Origin: Chara braunii
Lineage: Eukaryota; Plantae; Charophyceae
Length of the DNA stretch: 64,000 nucleotides
Direction of reading: 5' to 3'
Assembly (NCBI GenBank): GCA_003427395.1
Contig: BFEA01000037.1
Coordinates: forward strand, 4,323,127-4,387,126
Part shown: positions 1 through 13,254 of the stretch, piece by piece
Layout of the letters: each line of letters opens with the position of its first letter
Position numbering within the stretch: position 1 is the stretch's first letter
The notes under the pieces: generated by a model
Told to the model about the DNA's origin: nothing
Seen by the model: only the letters and a program-made list of their open reading frames with translations
Databases searched by the model: none
Made by a program: the position numbers and the translations under genes

Positions 1-832
1 AGTTGTGAAACTCGGTCCTCTTCTTCTCTATCTTTGTCTATGGTTGATACTATTGATCACTGCGTGTGAAGATGATGCATGACATGTACACATTTGCGTG
101 AGATGGTCCCTAGGACCCATGCAACCTTCTCTCACCACTTGAGGTGCTGTCTTGACCAGCTCCTCCTTCGTGAACCACCGATCTTCCTTTGGATCCGTGT
201 GATGTCTGATTCTGACCCGGTACTCCCTAGTAGTTTTTGGCGGTCTTCCCCTGCCTAGAGACTTGGGTACGGGCAAATCTGTGTTCCAGGATGTCGTGGA
301 TGTCCACTTGGCCATCCATGGTTGGGGGCAGCATTGACCTTCTTGAAGGGGAACTTCAGTCTCAGCAAAAGGTGCAAGCTTGGAAGCATGATACAGTGGA
401 AGTGCGCAGGTGACCAGGGATTCTAATCACATAAGAGGGACCATCCAAATCATTGCCCACGATGTCCAATACTTCGTGAGGACCGAAATATTGAGGCATT
501 AGTTTTCTTGAGATGTCAAATTCCTGACCCAACTCGCTAGCCTTAACCTAGACACGTTCCCGTACCTGAAATGTGGATGTCGTCTGTGCTTGTTCTCATA
601 AGCTATCATAGCTTCCTGAGATTTTCTAATATGCTTGAAAGCCTGCTGCAACAATTTCTCATACTGGACACAAATTCTAAGGTTAAGGGAGTTGCAGCTG
701 GTCGGTTTTCAAGAAGGAGCAAGTCTAGTGCAGATCTAGTCTTCCACCCGAATGCAGCTCATCTGGACAGACTCCCGTGGTGTTGTGAACAGCATTGTTG
801 TAGAAGCTGGCGATGAGAGGTAACTTCTCATC

Positions 833-1228
833 CTAGTCATCCTGGCTAGGCTTGATATAGTGCCTCAACAAGTGCTGCACTACGTGGTTCTTCTGCTCCT
901 CCTGTCCGTGCGCTTCGGGGTGATTTCCCGAAGTCATTTGGAGTTGACTGCCCATCTGTTCAGCAGTCTTTTTCCACACCTCGCTGGTGAACTGGACATC
1001 TCTATTGCTTACTATCGTCTTGGGCAGTCCAAAATCACGCACCCAGTTATCCATGAATAACTTGATGACGCGCGGAGTCTTTGCGGTCTTAGGCATGACA
1101 ACGAGTCTAGCGTACTTAGTGAACCAGTCAATTATGATGAAAATGAGCCTCTTACCGCTCTTGCTGGCCACGTTTGTATCCATGAAATCCACGGAAACGC
1201 TTTGTCCCGGCCCCACAGGAATAGGCAA
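833..1228 (-). pseudogene. Gypsy integrase core fragment
   Basis: SVSVDFM...IIDWFTKYARL...SNRDVQFTS...HPEAHGQEE. Confidence 0.9.
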
Positions 1229-1889
1229 GGGCTTGAGTTAGCGGCTTGTCCTATTGGCAAAGTACGAACATATCTTTTGGCATCATCAAGCATAGTCGAC
1301 CACAAGAAACTCTGCACCAGGTTAGCACTAGTCTTCTGGTATCCGAAATGCCCTGTCGCATCATGACATTCTCCTAAAAATAAACTATGCAAAGACTCAC
1401 TAGACTACACACACAGTCTTTTGAACACTGCCTTTTCAAGAAAGAGCAGCCCATGCATCATCACAAACTCGTCAGATGTGGCCTTGTCTTGGCCTCAAGT
1501 TTGCATATGATGTCCAATATTGCCTTTTCAAGAAAGAGCAGCCCATCCACCATCACAAACTCGTTAGATGTGGCCTTGTCTTGGGCCTCAAGTTCGCGTA
1601 TGATGTCCATCATGACGGGGTCTTCCTTGTAGGCATCAACTAGGGATAAAGTTACATCATCCGACGAGCTGAACTCAGTTATCAATGTACCTAGGTAGTC
1701 TGCCCTCCGGGACAGCGCATCAACAACCTTATTTTACTCTCCGTTCACGTTGTCTAGCTTGAAGTCATATTGATCAATGACTTCAGTCCAGCGTTTGAGT
1801 GTGGCGAAAAGAATGGGCTGCTTCTTTATTCACTCAAGTGTTTGATGGTCGATCCTCAAATAGAAGAACCTCCCCAAGAGATAATGCCT

Positions 1890-2120
1890 CTAGTGGACAA
1901 GAGCTTTGTAAAGTGCGTAGAGTTCCTCTTTGCAGGTAGATTTCGCCAACTTCGTTGATGGCGTCTTCTTACTCATGTACTCGATCGGCCTCAATTTCTT
2001 CCCTTCTTGTTGAGCCAGCATTGCGCCGATGCCATATTGGCTTGTGTCAGTGGTCACGATGAATGGCTTCTCAGGATCAGGAAGCTTGAGAATCTCATGA
2101 TGTGTAATAGCATACTTCAA
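1890..2120 (-). pseudogene. Gypsy RNase H fragment
   Basis: LKLPDPEKPFIVTTDTSQYGIGAML...EELYALYKAL. Confidence 0.9.
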
Positions 2121-2589
2121 TCGCTTGAAGGCTCACATCAATCGCTCGAAGGCTCCCTCACATTCGTCAGTCCATGCCCATGGTGTGTCAAGGCGTGTTA
2201 GATCAGTCGAGGGGGCAGCCACCATACTAAGTTCTTCATGAAGTTGCAAGAGTAGCCTTTCATCCCCAAGAAAGATCTGACCTTTGTCACAGATTGTGGT
2301 CGTCGCCAATCACGCATGCTAACTCCAAGTTTATCTTATACTTGCGCTGCCTTAGAAGCCTAAGCACAAGATCCAAGTGTTGCCCGTGTTCCTCAACAAT
2401 CTTACCGAAGATAAAAATATCATCGAGGTGCACAACAATAAACTTATCCAAGTAATCATGGAATACCCTCCCTATTCATGGCGTGCTGGAATGTTCCCTC
2501 GCATTGCAAAGGTCGAATGACATCACCACAAACTCATACAGATTGCACCTGGTCTTCAGTCTAATAGCCATTTGATGGTGTCGGATTTA

Positions 2590-3538
2590 GGCCACCAATA
2601 CCTCGCCCAGTTAAAAAAATCCGACGTGGGCGTTAATGCGCCGCTTCGGGCGGGGTACCTAGGGATGAACAACCAGTATTCCCAAAAAAACGGTAGAAAA
2701 AGAAAAAAAAAGCGTCGACGAAAATGAGAAATAACGAAAAGAAAGGAAAAACGGGTGTGGCAAGGGGGGGGGNNNNNNNNNNNNNNNNNNNNNNNNNNNN
2801 NNNNNNNNNNNNNNNNNNNNNNNNNNNNNNNNNNNNNNNNNNNNNNNNNNNNNNNNNNNNNNNNNNNNNNNNNNNNNNNNNNNNNNNNNNNNNNNNNNNN
2901 NNNNNNNNNNNNNNNNNNNNNNNNNNNNNNNNCTCGAAATGTGAAAAATACAAAAACTGGTGGGTGCATCTGCTCGTGTTCTCACGACAAGTTTGTTCTC
3001 ATTTTGCACATTTCGATAGTTTTGGCTCACCAAACTCAGCGTCAGAGTATGTCTGACGCCCTCTCTCTCTCTGAACGTCCTACCGAGAATGAAGAACGTT
3101 GAGAGAGAGAGAGAGAGGGAGAGTCGCCATAACACTCTCGAAATGTGAAAAAGACAGAAGCGGTGGGCGCATCTGCCCATGTTCTCGCGCCCAGTTCATT
3201 CTCATTTTGCACATTTCGAGAGTGGTGTGGCGACGCGATGCAGTGTTTTGCATCGAGTTTGGCTCACCAAATTCGGCGTTAGACTGTCTGACGCCCTCTC
3301 TCTCTCTCTCTGTGAATGTCCCACAAGAATGAATCTTCCTCTTTATCGAGGAAGATTCATTATCGTGGGGCATGTTCGATTTCCTCTTTTTTTTGTGTTG
3401 AATGTTGTTTTTTTTTTTGTTTTTTTTTTGTTTTTTTGTTTTTCCATGATGCACTACCGGTTGTTTGAGGCTCGACAAGGATCGGGCTACCGACAGTCTG
3501 ACCCTCGAACTTGATAGTTGGGCGAGGTACTAGTGTTT
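2590..3538. mobile_element. Non-autonomous TIR element (Tourist/PIF-Harbinger-like MITE) inserted in the Gypsy RT
   Basis: TIR core CACCAATACCTCGCCCA (2593-2609) vs TGGGCGAGGTACTAGTG (3519-3535); TTA on both sides (2587-2589, 3539-3541); removal restores codons ATT GAC CTT AAA TCC (IDLKS). Confidence 0.75.
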
Positions 3539-5754
3539 TTAAGGTCAATCTTGGTAAAGTACCTACATCCCTGCATGCTATCCAATAAGTCGTCGATGCG
3601 AGGTAGAGGCTCTGTGTTCTTCACTGTCATGGCATTGAGGCCTCTGTAATCAATGCACAACCTTAATTATCCTCGTTTCTTTGGTGCAAATAATATTGGA
3701 GACTCATAGGGAGATGTACTAGGTCGGATCCTACAGATCCTCACCTGGGATGATTTCCATGGCATGGACAACCTCCCTGTTTGATTTTCGAAGGCTCCTC
3801 AAATAGGTCTGGGTACTTAGCTACAATGACTTCAATCTTTGGGGGTGATTTAATGGCCTCCCCTTTCTCAGATACGAAGACTAAGTACGTGCCCTCCTCT
3901 TGGTTGTGTATAATAGTTAATAATACGCTGATGCGCACATGCAACCATAGGAGTCAATCAACCTGGTAGCCCTATACGTAGCTAATCTAATGACCCTCCG
4001 ATTTCGCAGCACATGCTTGAGCACCTTTTGGAGGGTGGGATGCAGACTTTTCATCCCACTGCCACCAATTCGAGTCTCAGCGGGGCAAAAATAGGTCTGA
4101 CATTCAAATTTTTGCACCGCAACTGTCGACATAACGTGGCCACTTCTTTAAGTGTACCTAGACCTTGAATCGCGTGGTTGTTATCTTAAATTGGATAGGT
4201 CTTTAGCCTTAGCATTCTCACGACCGCGTTTCTCCGCGGCCTTGCCAGAAACCGCATTCGACTGGTCACACTGCCGATTACTGCCATTATTCTCGGACGT
4301 CACAAGCGTCTTGGTTAAGGTAAAGGTTATAGTTTTTTCGGTCATAGGCTAGTCTGAATAAACTTCTGGTAGCCCCCTCAATTTAATGAAAAAAGTCAGA
4401 CAACGTCTGACATAGAAAAACTCAAGCAGATATCCTTGTAAGGGTTTCTGCTCCGACAACGGTTTTACACCTCTATCGGACCCGCACGCGAATTGACGCC
4501 TTGGGGGGCGGATGTCCCAAGTGCGACCCGTCGTCGGTCGACCAGGATGCTTCCCACACACCACGCGCACACCACTCTAATGATATAAAAATTAAACTAC
4601 ACACACACACACACACACACAACGACACAAACAAAACAACGCACACAATTCGATGCGGAAATCGGATAGGCGACACGCGTGAGACTTAGTATAAAACCGT
4701 GCGGACGTAGGACCTTCCCATATCGACTAGCAATGTATGAATATTCAAGCAGTCGTGATGATGGCGTACTATGTAGTGCCGATATTCAAGCGGTCCCGCG
4801 TGGGCTCAAGTACCGCTTATGACACTCAAGTGTCAAACTCGAAGTATCGTGAGGGTTTACCCCTTTACGATATTGTACGACTTAAGGAATAACCGTGCGG
4901 CCTTCGCGGCACCTTCGGCCTTTAGGCTGAGTGTCCCGGTGGGCAGGGCAAATACAATTACCTCGAATCTAGGCCTGTGACCAACATCCGACTAGGAAAT
5001 CTTTAAAAAGCAAACAATCAGTAAAGGAAGAGAATTCCCTTTTCTTCCTCAACCTTGACCTCGATGCAACCCTTAAGCGTGGGCCTCTTAGGAGACGCGA
5101 ACACCCAAACATAGGTATGTGCATATAATATAGATATATAGTTGGGGTAAATATGTGATGATCATTTCTCACAATCACAATGGGATTCCTCACAACCATA
5201 TATATGTATGTGATCGTAGGCAGTAAAATCCGAAGTCCGAATCACAAAACATACCTGCAATCACATCAAAGAGTCAACCAAAAGTCCACACACTGCACAG
5301 AGTCAACTTCAATCATTCTCTATACTCGTACCCCTCGCTTTAGCCATGCAAGCCACAACCTTTGTCCAACCTTCCATAATTAAATAGTCAATACCTTCGT
5401 TAAATGGCCATTCAATAAAAATCCGGGTGAAAACCTTAATAAACAATAGAAACCAGCAGGGCTAAAGCCTTTTTAGGTTGAGTATTGAGGATGAATTGGA
5501 GTCGAGTCTTAAACCGATGAATCAACAACTGACTTGTTATCAATGATAACAAAGAATGATCCTCATGGGATCAAGCTGAATCTATTCGAGATCCTGAATG
5601 AAACGATCAAGAGGACATGTAACAAAAGACAAGTCAATCCCCAAGCTAAACCTATAAGTCCACGGAGGATAATCTCCATATCACAATCTTACTCGAGGCT
5701 CTCTGTAAACTAAGTTTAAGCCTACCTCTAAGCTAGTGCTTAAAAAAAAGGTAG

Positions 5755-6390
5755 ACCTTTGGCAGAATCTCCTCTATACAGAGTGTATTGCCAAAATTGC
5801 CACCTGTTCAAATATAACTTTCTCCTTTGAACTAAGAAAATTTCGGCAGCGCTTCCCGTAGGAAAAGTGCCTTATCGAAATTTATACTAGCTCAGATATG
5901 AAGACATAAATAATATTCAACTTTGGAAAGTTAAATTTAATCCAACTCTCTGAATTAGTAAAAATTTGGGCAGCATCTCCTTTAGAAAGGTAGACTTCCC
6001 ACATTTATACTAAGTCAGATAAGAACGCAGAAGCCAGATTTGAGTTCGACTTAGGACAAAGTTCAACTAACCCCTTAGATTTGTAGAAATTTCGGCAGTG
6101 CTTCTCGTACAAAAAGTGCTATTCCAAGATTTATACAAAGCTAAGTTCAAAATCTATAAAATAACTTTGACTTCTCAAAGTCAAATTTTGTCTAACTCCT
6201 TGAATTAGTAAAAATTTGGGCAGCACTCCCTTTTAAACAAGACATTTCCCAGATTTTTACTAAGTCATATATATAATTTGGACAAACTGAACTTTTTGAA
6301 AGCCAAAATTTGACAAACTCCTTGGTTTTGTAAAAATTCTGGCAGTGCTTCCCGTAGAGAAAGTGGATTACCAAGATTTATACTAGACCA
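5755..6390. repeat. Degenerate ~125-bp tandem array with alternating unit types
   Basis: AAATTT(C/G)GGCAG...ATTTATAC core recurs near 5838, 5960, 6087, 6210 and 6332. Confidence 0.75.
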
Positions 6391-6699
6391 AGTATAATAA
6401 AAGATCCAAAAGAATGCAGAAATTGACCTGAGTAAAAAAAACTTAGCTTAGAAAATGTCGGAAGTGAAACTTACTCGAGCATCTAAAGCAACTACCTGTC
6501 AAACTGAAACTCAAACCAAGTAGTAATCTCACTCAGTCTCATGCAAGGTGAAACCACAAAGGTAAGTACTTTCATCATCCCCAGGTCAACCATATTAAAC
6601 AATAGTTTTTCATCATCCCCAGGTCAATCGTATTAATCAATAGTTCATAGTTTTTCAATGATTTATCCCTTTATACCCAACTTACATAGGACATAAAGC

Positions 6700-7210
6700 T
6701 AAACCATCCAAACTTATGGAACATGTCTAGCTGAGCCATGAAGTGTACACAAACACAGGGCACAACAACTTTTCTTTTCTTTGGGCACATGACTAGGCCA
6801 CCCTAGTGGCCCTGACCTGTTTAAGTATCCAAGTTTTATATAATTATCTGCACTTAGTCTTTTGAGGTAACATATAATTGAACCGATCATCTTTAGCTTG
6901 AGGTTCAGTTTGCCCCTTCGTACCATAAGCTTATTCTTAATTCATACTCTCTTTAGTTTGCGATAAGCTATAATCAGACCACCCAAACTTATGGAACTTT
7001 GTCTGACTAGCCTGTTTATAAGTAGGATAGTAATAAATATAGTCAAGTTATATCCTTCTTATGGGACAGTGCCTGGTTCCTAAAAAAGGCAACCAAGCCA
7101 CCCAAACTTATGAGACAATGCCTGGTTCCTAAAAAAGTCAAGTACATACAACCCTCGCAAGTCAGAGTATCCAAACCACCCAAACTTATGAAACATGTAT
7201 GGTTCTCCAG
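6700..7210. repeat. Dispersed short repeats CCACCCAAACTTATG (x4)
   Basis: Copies near 6704, 6979, 7098 and 7176, with related GCCTGGTTCCTAAAAAA repeats. Confidence 0.7.
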
Positions 7211-10200
7211 GCAATTCAAAAATAAACATAGCACTGGGTTATGGAGACTTGCCCAACCTTTAATTGACTGAGTCAAACTCGAGCAATACTGCCTTCCTCC
7301 CATCCTTCCCCGAGATGCAATCCCACAATCTGCTTTCAGTCAGACAACAAAACTGAAACTGACATTGCGCATACCTTCCTTTATTTAAATGTGATATAAG
7401 TCCCGAAAATCAAACTCAAAGTCAAAGTAGGGGTATAAGCAGTATACTCAGTCAAATATAGCAAGAGATACAGATAGGGGTTATACTGGGTTTATAAAAG
7501 GAGATGGAAGGTTACCTTCCAGTTCCCTGCTTCGAAAACTCCTCTTGAGTTCTGGCAGAACTCTCGCAATCGGTGGGTTGACCCCCCACATAGTTTTGCT
7601 GCGGTGCTACGGGTTGCAATCCCGCCTGCCGCCTTCATCTCAGAACAGGATTAGACTTGGAGTAAGAAGGGTAGGAGGGGTTTTAGACTCTCGAGATACA
7701 GGAGAGGGACTGACTCAACTCTCAGGAGAGGGCCTTGTTTCCTTCAGTCGCCCGAGGGTCTCGCAATGGTGGCCAATGCGCAGAACAACTTGGTCGCTGA
7801 AGTCCACTGCCCGTCTACCTGGCGACCTCCAAAAGTCATCGCAAAAGACCCCCCTTCAAAGGACTTGGCCTTCGTGCCAGGCTCGTGACCCGAAAAGCAT
7901 TGGCCAAAGCTCAAAATACAGATTGCGGACCAAAAACACAGATCTCCTCCCCGTTGCAGCGAAATAGCAGCGTGGTTCAACTAGCCATGCAATAGGTAAC
8001 GTCCACGCCCTTTAATTGTGCAGTCTTCACCAAGCCCCAACACGTACCCTTAAGCAACAGATAGTTACGAACAAGCCGGGCACACGTAATCAGTCACAGG
8101 GCTGCGTAAGCATAGCTCTGAATGGCTTCTTCACAGTTGCTATCGCGGCCCCTGCATCATCCTTCAAGGCCAAACAAGGAATAAGCCTCCTGTTGGAAAG
8201 CGGGCAGGTACCTTGCGAAGCCTTTATGCCAGACTAACTCACCACTCGGCTTCGTATCCCAAATTTCGTTTCCTCCGGTAGTATCGGCTCGAGGTGGCTT
8301 CGGCTCCTTTTCACGCAGCTATTATTTTCCATCGGAAGCATGCACCTGGCCGTTAGCGTAGTCCCATTCTGCTAATAAAAAATAAAAATCATTTGAAGCG
8401 TGATTTCAGAGTTCATGGCTTGCAAAGGAGAACACGACGAGCACGTAGCCCAGTTGGTCACGACGATCACAATGAGCCTCTGGGCGAAGGTGAGCTTGAC
8501 AATCCCAAGGCAGCAGTGCGACTCGGCGCTAGCCTTTGGACAAGGATCGCAACTACTGAAAAGTCAATTCGAGGGAGAAACTTCCACTAAAGCACAGCCA
8601 GATGCACCGCATGTTGGCGCAAGACAACTTTCTTCAATAATCGACGATGTAAGCCTAGTTCTTCTTTTTTTCTCCTCCCAGAATACATGCCCAATCAATG
8701 CAGTCAGATTCATGGATCCTCGTTGATACGAGGGGCAGAACCATAATGAATCTTCCGCTAGCCCGAGTGAAGATACATCGCCACTTTGAGATTCTTTCTA
8801 AGCGCGGCTTCCACTGTTTGCCCCGCCAAGCCTATCATTCGATCTCAAATTCCATGCTCGACATCGGTTTCGCCAGGTCTGAAGCCTCCAAGTTGAGCTC
8901 ACACTTGTTTGCATCCGTCTACGAACAAGCATACCACGTGAACTCCCTATCCACCATATCCAACAACGTCTTTTCGCCCAATACTTTTATATTCCATCTC
9001 TTTTCCTACCACCCCCCGGCCCATTCTAACCATAGATTCATGGTCGTCTGATACTAAACCCCCTCGTTTAGTTTTTCAAATTGCCAAAAATCAGTGAAGA
9101 AACGACTAGGCAATCACGATTTCACTCTCCATCTACTTAGCTCTCCATCACCACTTTGCGCATGATATTTCTTAATGGCCTCTTCCTACACTAACCCTCA
9201 TATTAATCTGACTTCATCATTCGCTTCGCCTCATCTCCAAACCCTGGGTTCAACTCCTCCCCTGTCAGATTCCGTTGGAAATCGTGCAAGTCGTCCTTTC
9301 TCGTCTGCGTCTCGTTCGCCTCCCCGCCATCTTCGACTTCGTTTCAGATGCACCGGCCGTTGGTTGACGCTCTAATTCGTTCCTCTCTTTCTGCGTTCAC
9401 CGCCTCTCCCTACTACTAACGCAGTGCCTGCAGGCAGTGGTCCAATAGCGCTTTGCGCAGTTCGATATGCCTAGCCGGCCTAGCGATCTTCGAAAAACGT
9501 CGAATGAGATAATACTCGATGGCTCGACTAGTCTTTCGCCCCCTATACCAGCCTGACGACTGGGACTTAGTACCACCGCGACTTTTGCCTCTGCTTTTCA
9601 GTCCTACTCCGCCTAAGCAAACTACGCCTGGATCAGGTCCCTCTTGGTGACCCGGTTCAGACAAAGGGTAACATGCTGCGTGCAAATCACCCTCGTGTAC
9701 GAGTCATGCAAGCCTTCCCTGCATTGTCCCAATTTTAACGGATGTTCCGAAGGACTCAGTGGGGCCAAACCCACTCAGCCGTACCGAGTGGCCTAAGCGG
9801 ACCCTGTCCGACAGCTCACACACAGGCCCCTTATAGCAGATATTGATGGTAACAACAATTGCTCAAGTAAGACCTCTAAAGACTGTCATGGAGAGGGGTT
9901 TCCTTCGTGGGCAGCCGCAACCGCAGCCTTCCCATAATTCTTCGACCGGCCCCCTTTTTGAACTAACGAGCCTGCTCATACTCAGACTTTCTGCGATAGG
10001 TCATGACCGGCGGTCGACGCCATCGCCAGTCGATATCCATGTTAGTCCTCCTAAAGCGAGGGAGAGACCCCGGCCTTGGTCCCGATCCCCGAATCCCTTT
10101 GATAAAAGTCCGTTACTGTAGTCGACAGTGCTAGGCCCAATACCGGGCCCAGTTCTGACGAAGACCTATGTAAGTGGATACTGCGAGACGAGCAGATCTA

Positions 10201-11147
10201 CCGAAAATGTTTTGAAGTCACGTTGTTTGTCGATGCCGTCCTCCGCACGTACACACGGCCACGGACAAGCACACCAAGAAAAAAACAAAGTCTTTTCAAT
10301 CCGAGTTTAATCACAAATAAACAAATCTGGCCGGCGATCACTCCGGTTCTTCAGTCATCAACAATAAAAATCACGCGCGCCTCAAACCTGCGCGCCCACG
10401 CACTCCTTGCTCTAGTCAATCACCCAATATATAAACCAAGATTACAGCCGCGCCTTAAGCAGTATGCCTAAACGTTTAGACCAAACTTATTCTCTGTCGC
10501 TTGCAAAAACCAGGGCGGATACCCTTGTAAGGGTATTTGCACCGACACCGCCTGTTCCTGCCGGATGTGCCACCAGGAAGAATGTGGACTCTCAAGGAGA
10601 GTGCTCACTCAACCAGCAGAGGACTCTCAAGTCGAACCCTCATCCTCACGGTAAGAAGAGATTGAGATGGGAAGAGAAGGTATGAGAACAATGTACCTGA
10701 AGCTTGGTGCCCCCAACCACAGATTTCTCAGCAATTGAGCTGACGTGCACTTTCATGACCGATCATAGCTTCGGTACCACAAACGATGCAACGCAGTGCC
10801 ACCTCAGCCAAAATGCCATGTCAGCATGCTCCCATTTGTATAATCTCTTCCCAAGTGTGGACTTGGGTGGGCAGAATAGGACTTTGCAGGTAGGTAGGGT
10901 CTGGAAAAGTCGGTCCACACCAGCAGCCAAGTCCCAGGAAAGACATCTCGCAGCACGCGAGGGCTGGAGGAAGAACCCACACGCAGGGGAACTGAAGCGG
11001 CATGTATGAAAAGTTGCTGGTGGGACGGAATTCGAGGATACTTTCGTTTCAACCTGTCGCGGAAACGCTGTGGTGATCTTGCGTGACTTGATGAGTGGCT
11101 TGTTGGTAGTGGAAGCTGACCGGCACTGTGCACCATAGCTGGTTAGG

Positions 11148-11149
<2 letters not shown>

Positions 11150-11207
<58 letters not shown>
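11150..11207. repeat. (GA)n microsatellite
   Basis: Perfect dinucleotide run. Confidence 0.98.
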
Positions 11208-11212
<5 letters not shown>

Positions 11213-12045
11213 GGTTGACTTGAACACTGGTGGCCATAGCTACCTCTTCGAAAACAAGTATAAATTCAAAATTTGTGTAATAAGACTTGACTGTGTGAAG
11301 CTATCTTCAGATATCTCATTGCATGTGTATTTTGGTGTCTTTGATCTGGTGTGAGACTCGTGGAAGTGTGCAAGTTTGGGACCGGATCTTGATTCAAGTG
11401 TGCAGAATGATAGGGGCTAGCTTTCAAGGATCACCTTTTGTGGAAGCTGTCATGACCTGAACATTACAGTGCTGCTGATTATTCTTTGTGTGCAGGTGCC
11501 ATATTGGGCAACCTTCCACAGGGGTGCGCAGCACGATTGGTCGCCTTGTCAATCTTGTGAGAGTGAGTTCCCCACAGTGATTGTATTGGCTTTGTCCACA
11601 TTGAATGCAGGGGAGCATGGCACCTTTGACCGATGCTAACTGGACGAGAAGTTTTGAACTGACAAATTGGTGCCAGCTGATGATGGAGGCCCGGTCCGGA
11701 GGCTGTATTGAAAAGAAAATTGCACAGCCATCCAGCAGAGGTTTCACTCTGGCCGAAACTATCATGTTTTTACAGTCTTGGATAACTTTGTCCTGGGGGT
11801 TTTGGGGGAGGGTGGGGGGGGGCTGGGTGGGCTGCTTGGGGCAGTGGGGGGACCGCACACACTCCTTGGCTGCAACACGTTCTTGTCAGGAGTTTGCACC
11901 AACAGTCTGGAAGGATTGCAGGGTAGGTGTGAGTGAAGTCGACCTCTTTTGTCAGCGGTATCACTAACTCTGGGTGACATGGTGAGTCCTCATGAATAGT
12001 CAAATGCATCCTGGGAGGACTGTGGAGATTTGACCTCTTGATGAG

Positions 12046-13130
12046 TTGGTGAAAGTTCGACATGCTTTTCTTGTGGAGTTGTTAATGTCGAACATGACAA
12101 AACACTACAAACGCACTGCACCTGCATTGAAGAGAGCTCGTGCACGTATATGTTCCCTGCCTATTGCACCCCATACAAGAGCAGAACGACTACTTCGTCG
12201 TATTTCAGCGGTGCTTCGCAAGGTGTCTACTCTTCGTGAGAAGGACACTGAGCTTATCAACAGGTTGGTGTTTGCTGGATCATTCAGAGTGCTGATGAAG
12301 TGGCGATTGACCTGAAAAAACAATGCACCATCTCTTCATAGCCTCTCTCCTTGCACTGTCGATTTTACCACAGTGTATACCAACCTTTCTCATGACCGCA
12401 TTCTGAGCTCATGACCGCATTCTGAGTCATGTGGCAAAAGCTGGTGATGAAGCTCATGCTTATGCCCTTCGGCATGCTCGCAGCGCATTTGCGATGCGAT
12501 GCCCTGAACATGGTGATTTGAGGACCTCGTTGTGGCCAGAGGACAACTGATTCAGGCCTGGACACCCTTTCTATTTCTCAGATTCTCCAACATCTTCGCT
12601 TTGTTGTACAAAACATTTTCCTATACACCATAGATGGAATGCTTCGGAAACAAATTATTGGTATTTCAATGGGAACAAGTGCTGGCCCAGGAATCTTTGA
12701 TCTGACACTTCGGGATGACATTCGTCAGCACGGGCTTCAAGCCGCTCAGCGGTATGCCTTCACTTGTTGCCTCATTGATAACGTTCTTTCATGGAGGCAA
12801 TTACCTCCTCCACCAGAGCACTATGGCCTTGAGTGGAGAGAAACTACAGGGACAGATGGCTTGTGTACCTTTTCAGGTATGTATCTATGGGCCTGTTCTG
12901 ATGGCTCACTTCGCATAAAGCAGCTGCTTGGGACTTCCCTGTCATTCATTAGCCAAGTGCGACCTTGAACATCCCTTCCCATCATTTGGCTGGTGTATTC
13001 ACTGGGCAATTGAGCAGAATTGAACACATCTGTGACAATTGGCGGGACTTCTGAACTACGGCAATGACACTTCCTTGTCGTGTGCTTTCTTGTGGGCGTT
13101 CCACTGACCCTTGCTAAGGTGTGGACCTGC
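12046..13130 (+). pseudogene. Decayed Penelope-like element reverse transcriptase (PLE-1)
   Basis: CTVDFTTVYTNLSHD (12352-12396); KQIIGISMGTSAGP; catalytic-site relic CLIDNV; YGLEWRETT...CTFSG; thumb NIPSHHLAGVFTGQLSRIEHIC (~12968-13035). Confidence 0.85.
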
Positions 13131-13254
13131 TACATGCACTCCCGCCAACGCCGCTATCCTACACATGTGACACATCTCTCTCAGTCGTTCCGGGGCATGG
13201 TGCGATCGTCCCTGCATCATCCATGCCTCCAAGACATTCTCATCCTGGCCCTGC

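Larger units (their letters stand above)
1..4060 (-). mobile_element. Decayed Ty3/Gypsy LTR retrotransposon, pol part only (same family as E); runs off the window to the left and is interrupted by a MITE
   Basis: Minus-strand motifs in Gypsy order: SYGCMC linker (~3950), RT ([24 protein letters not shown]), RNase H (LKLPDPEKPFIVTTDTSQYGIG, 1890-2120), integrase (GHFG, SVSVDFM, TSGNHPEAHGQ, 833-1390), chromo-like tail (HHTDPKEDRWFT, ~130-315); many stops and frameshifts. Confidence 0.93.

Noticed and set aside
11670-11730. CTGATGA...GAAA as a hammerhead for PLE-1
   Set aside because: Stems I, II and III cannot be formed convincingly.
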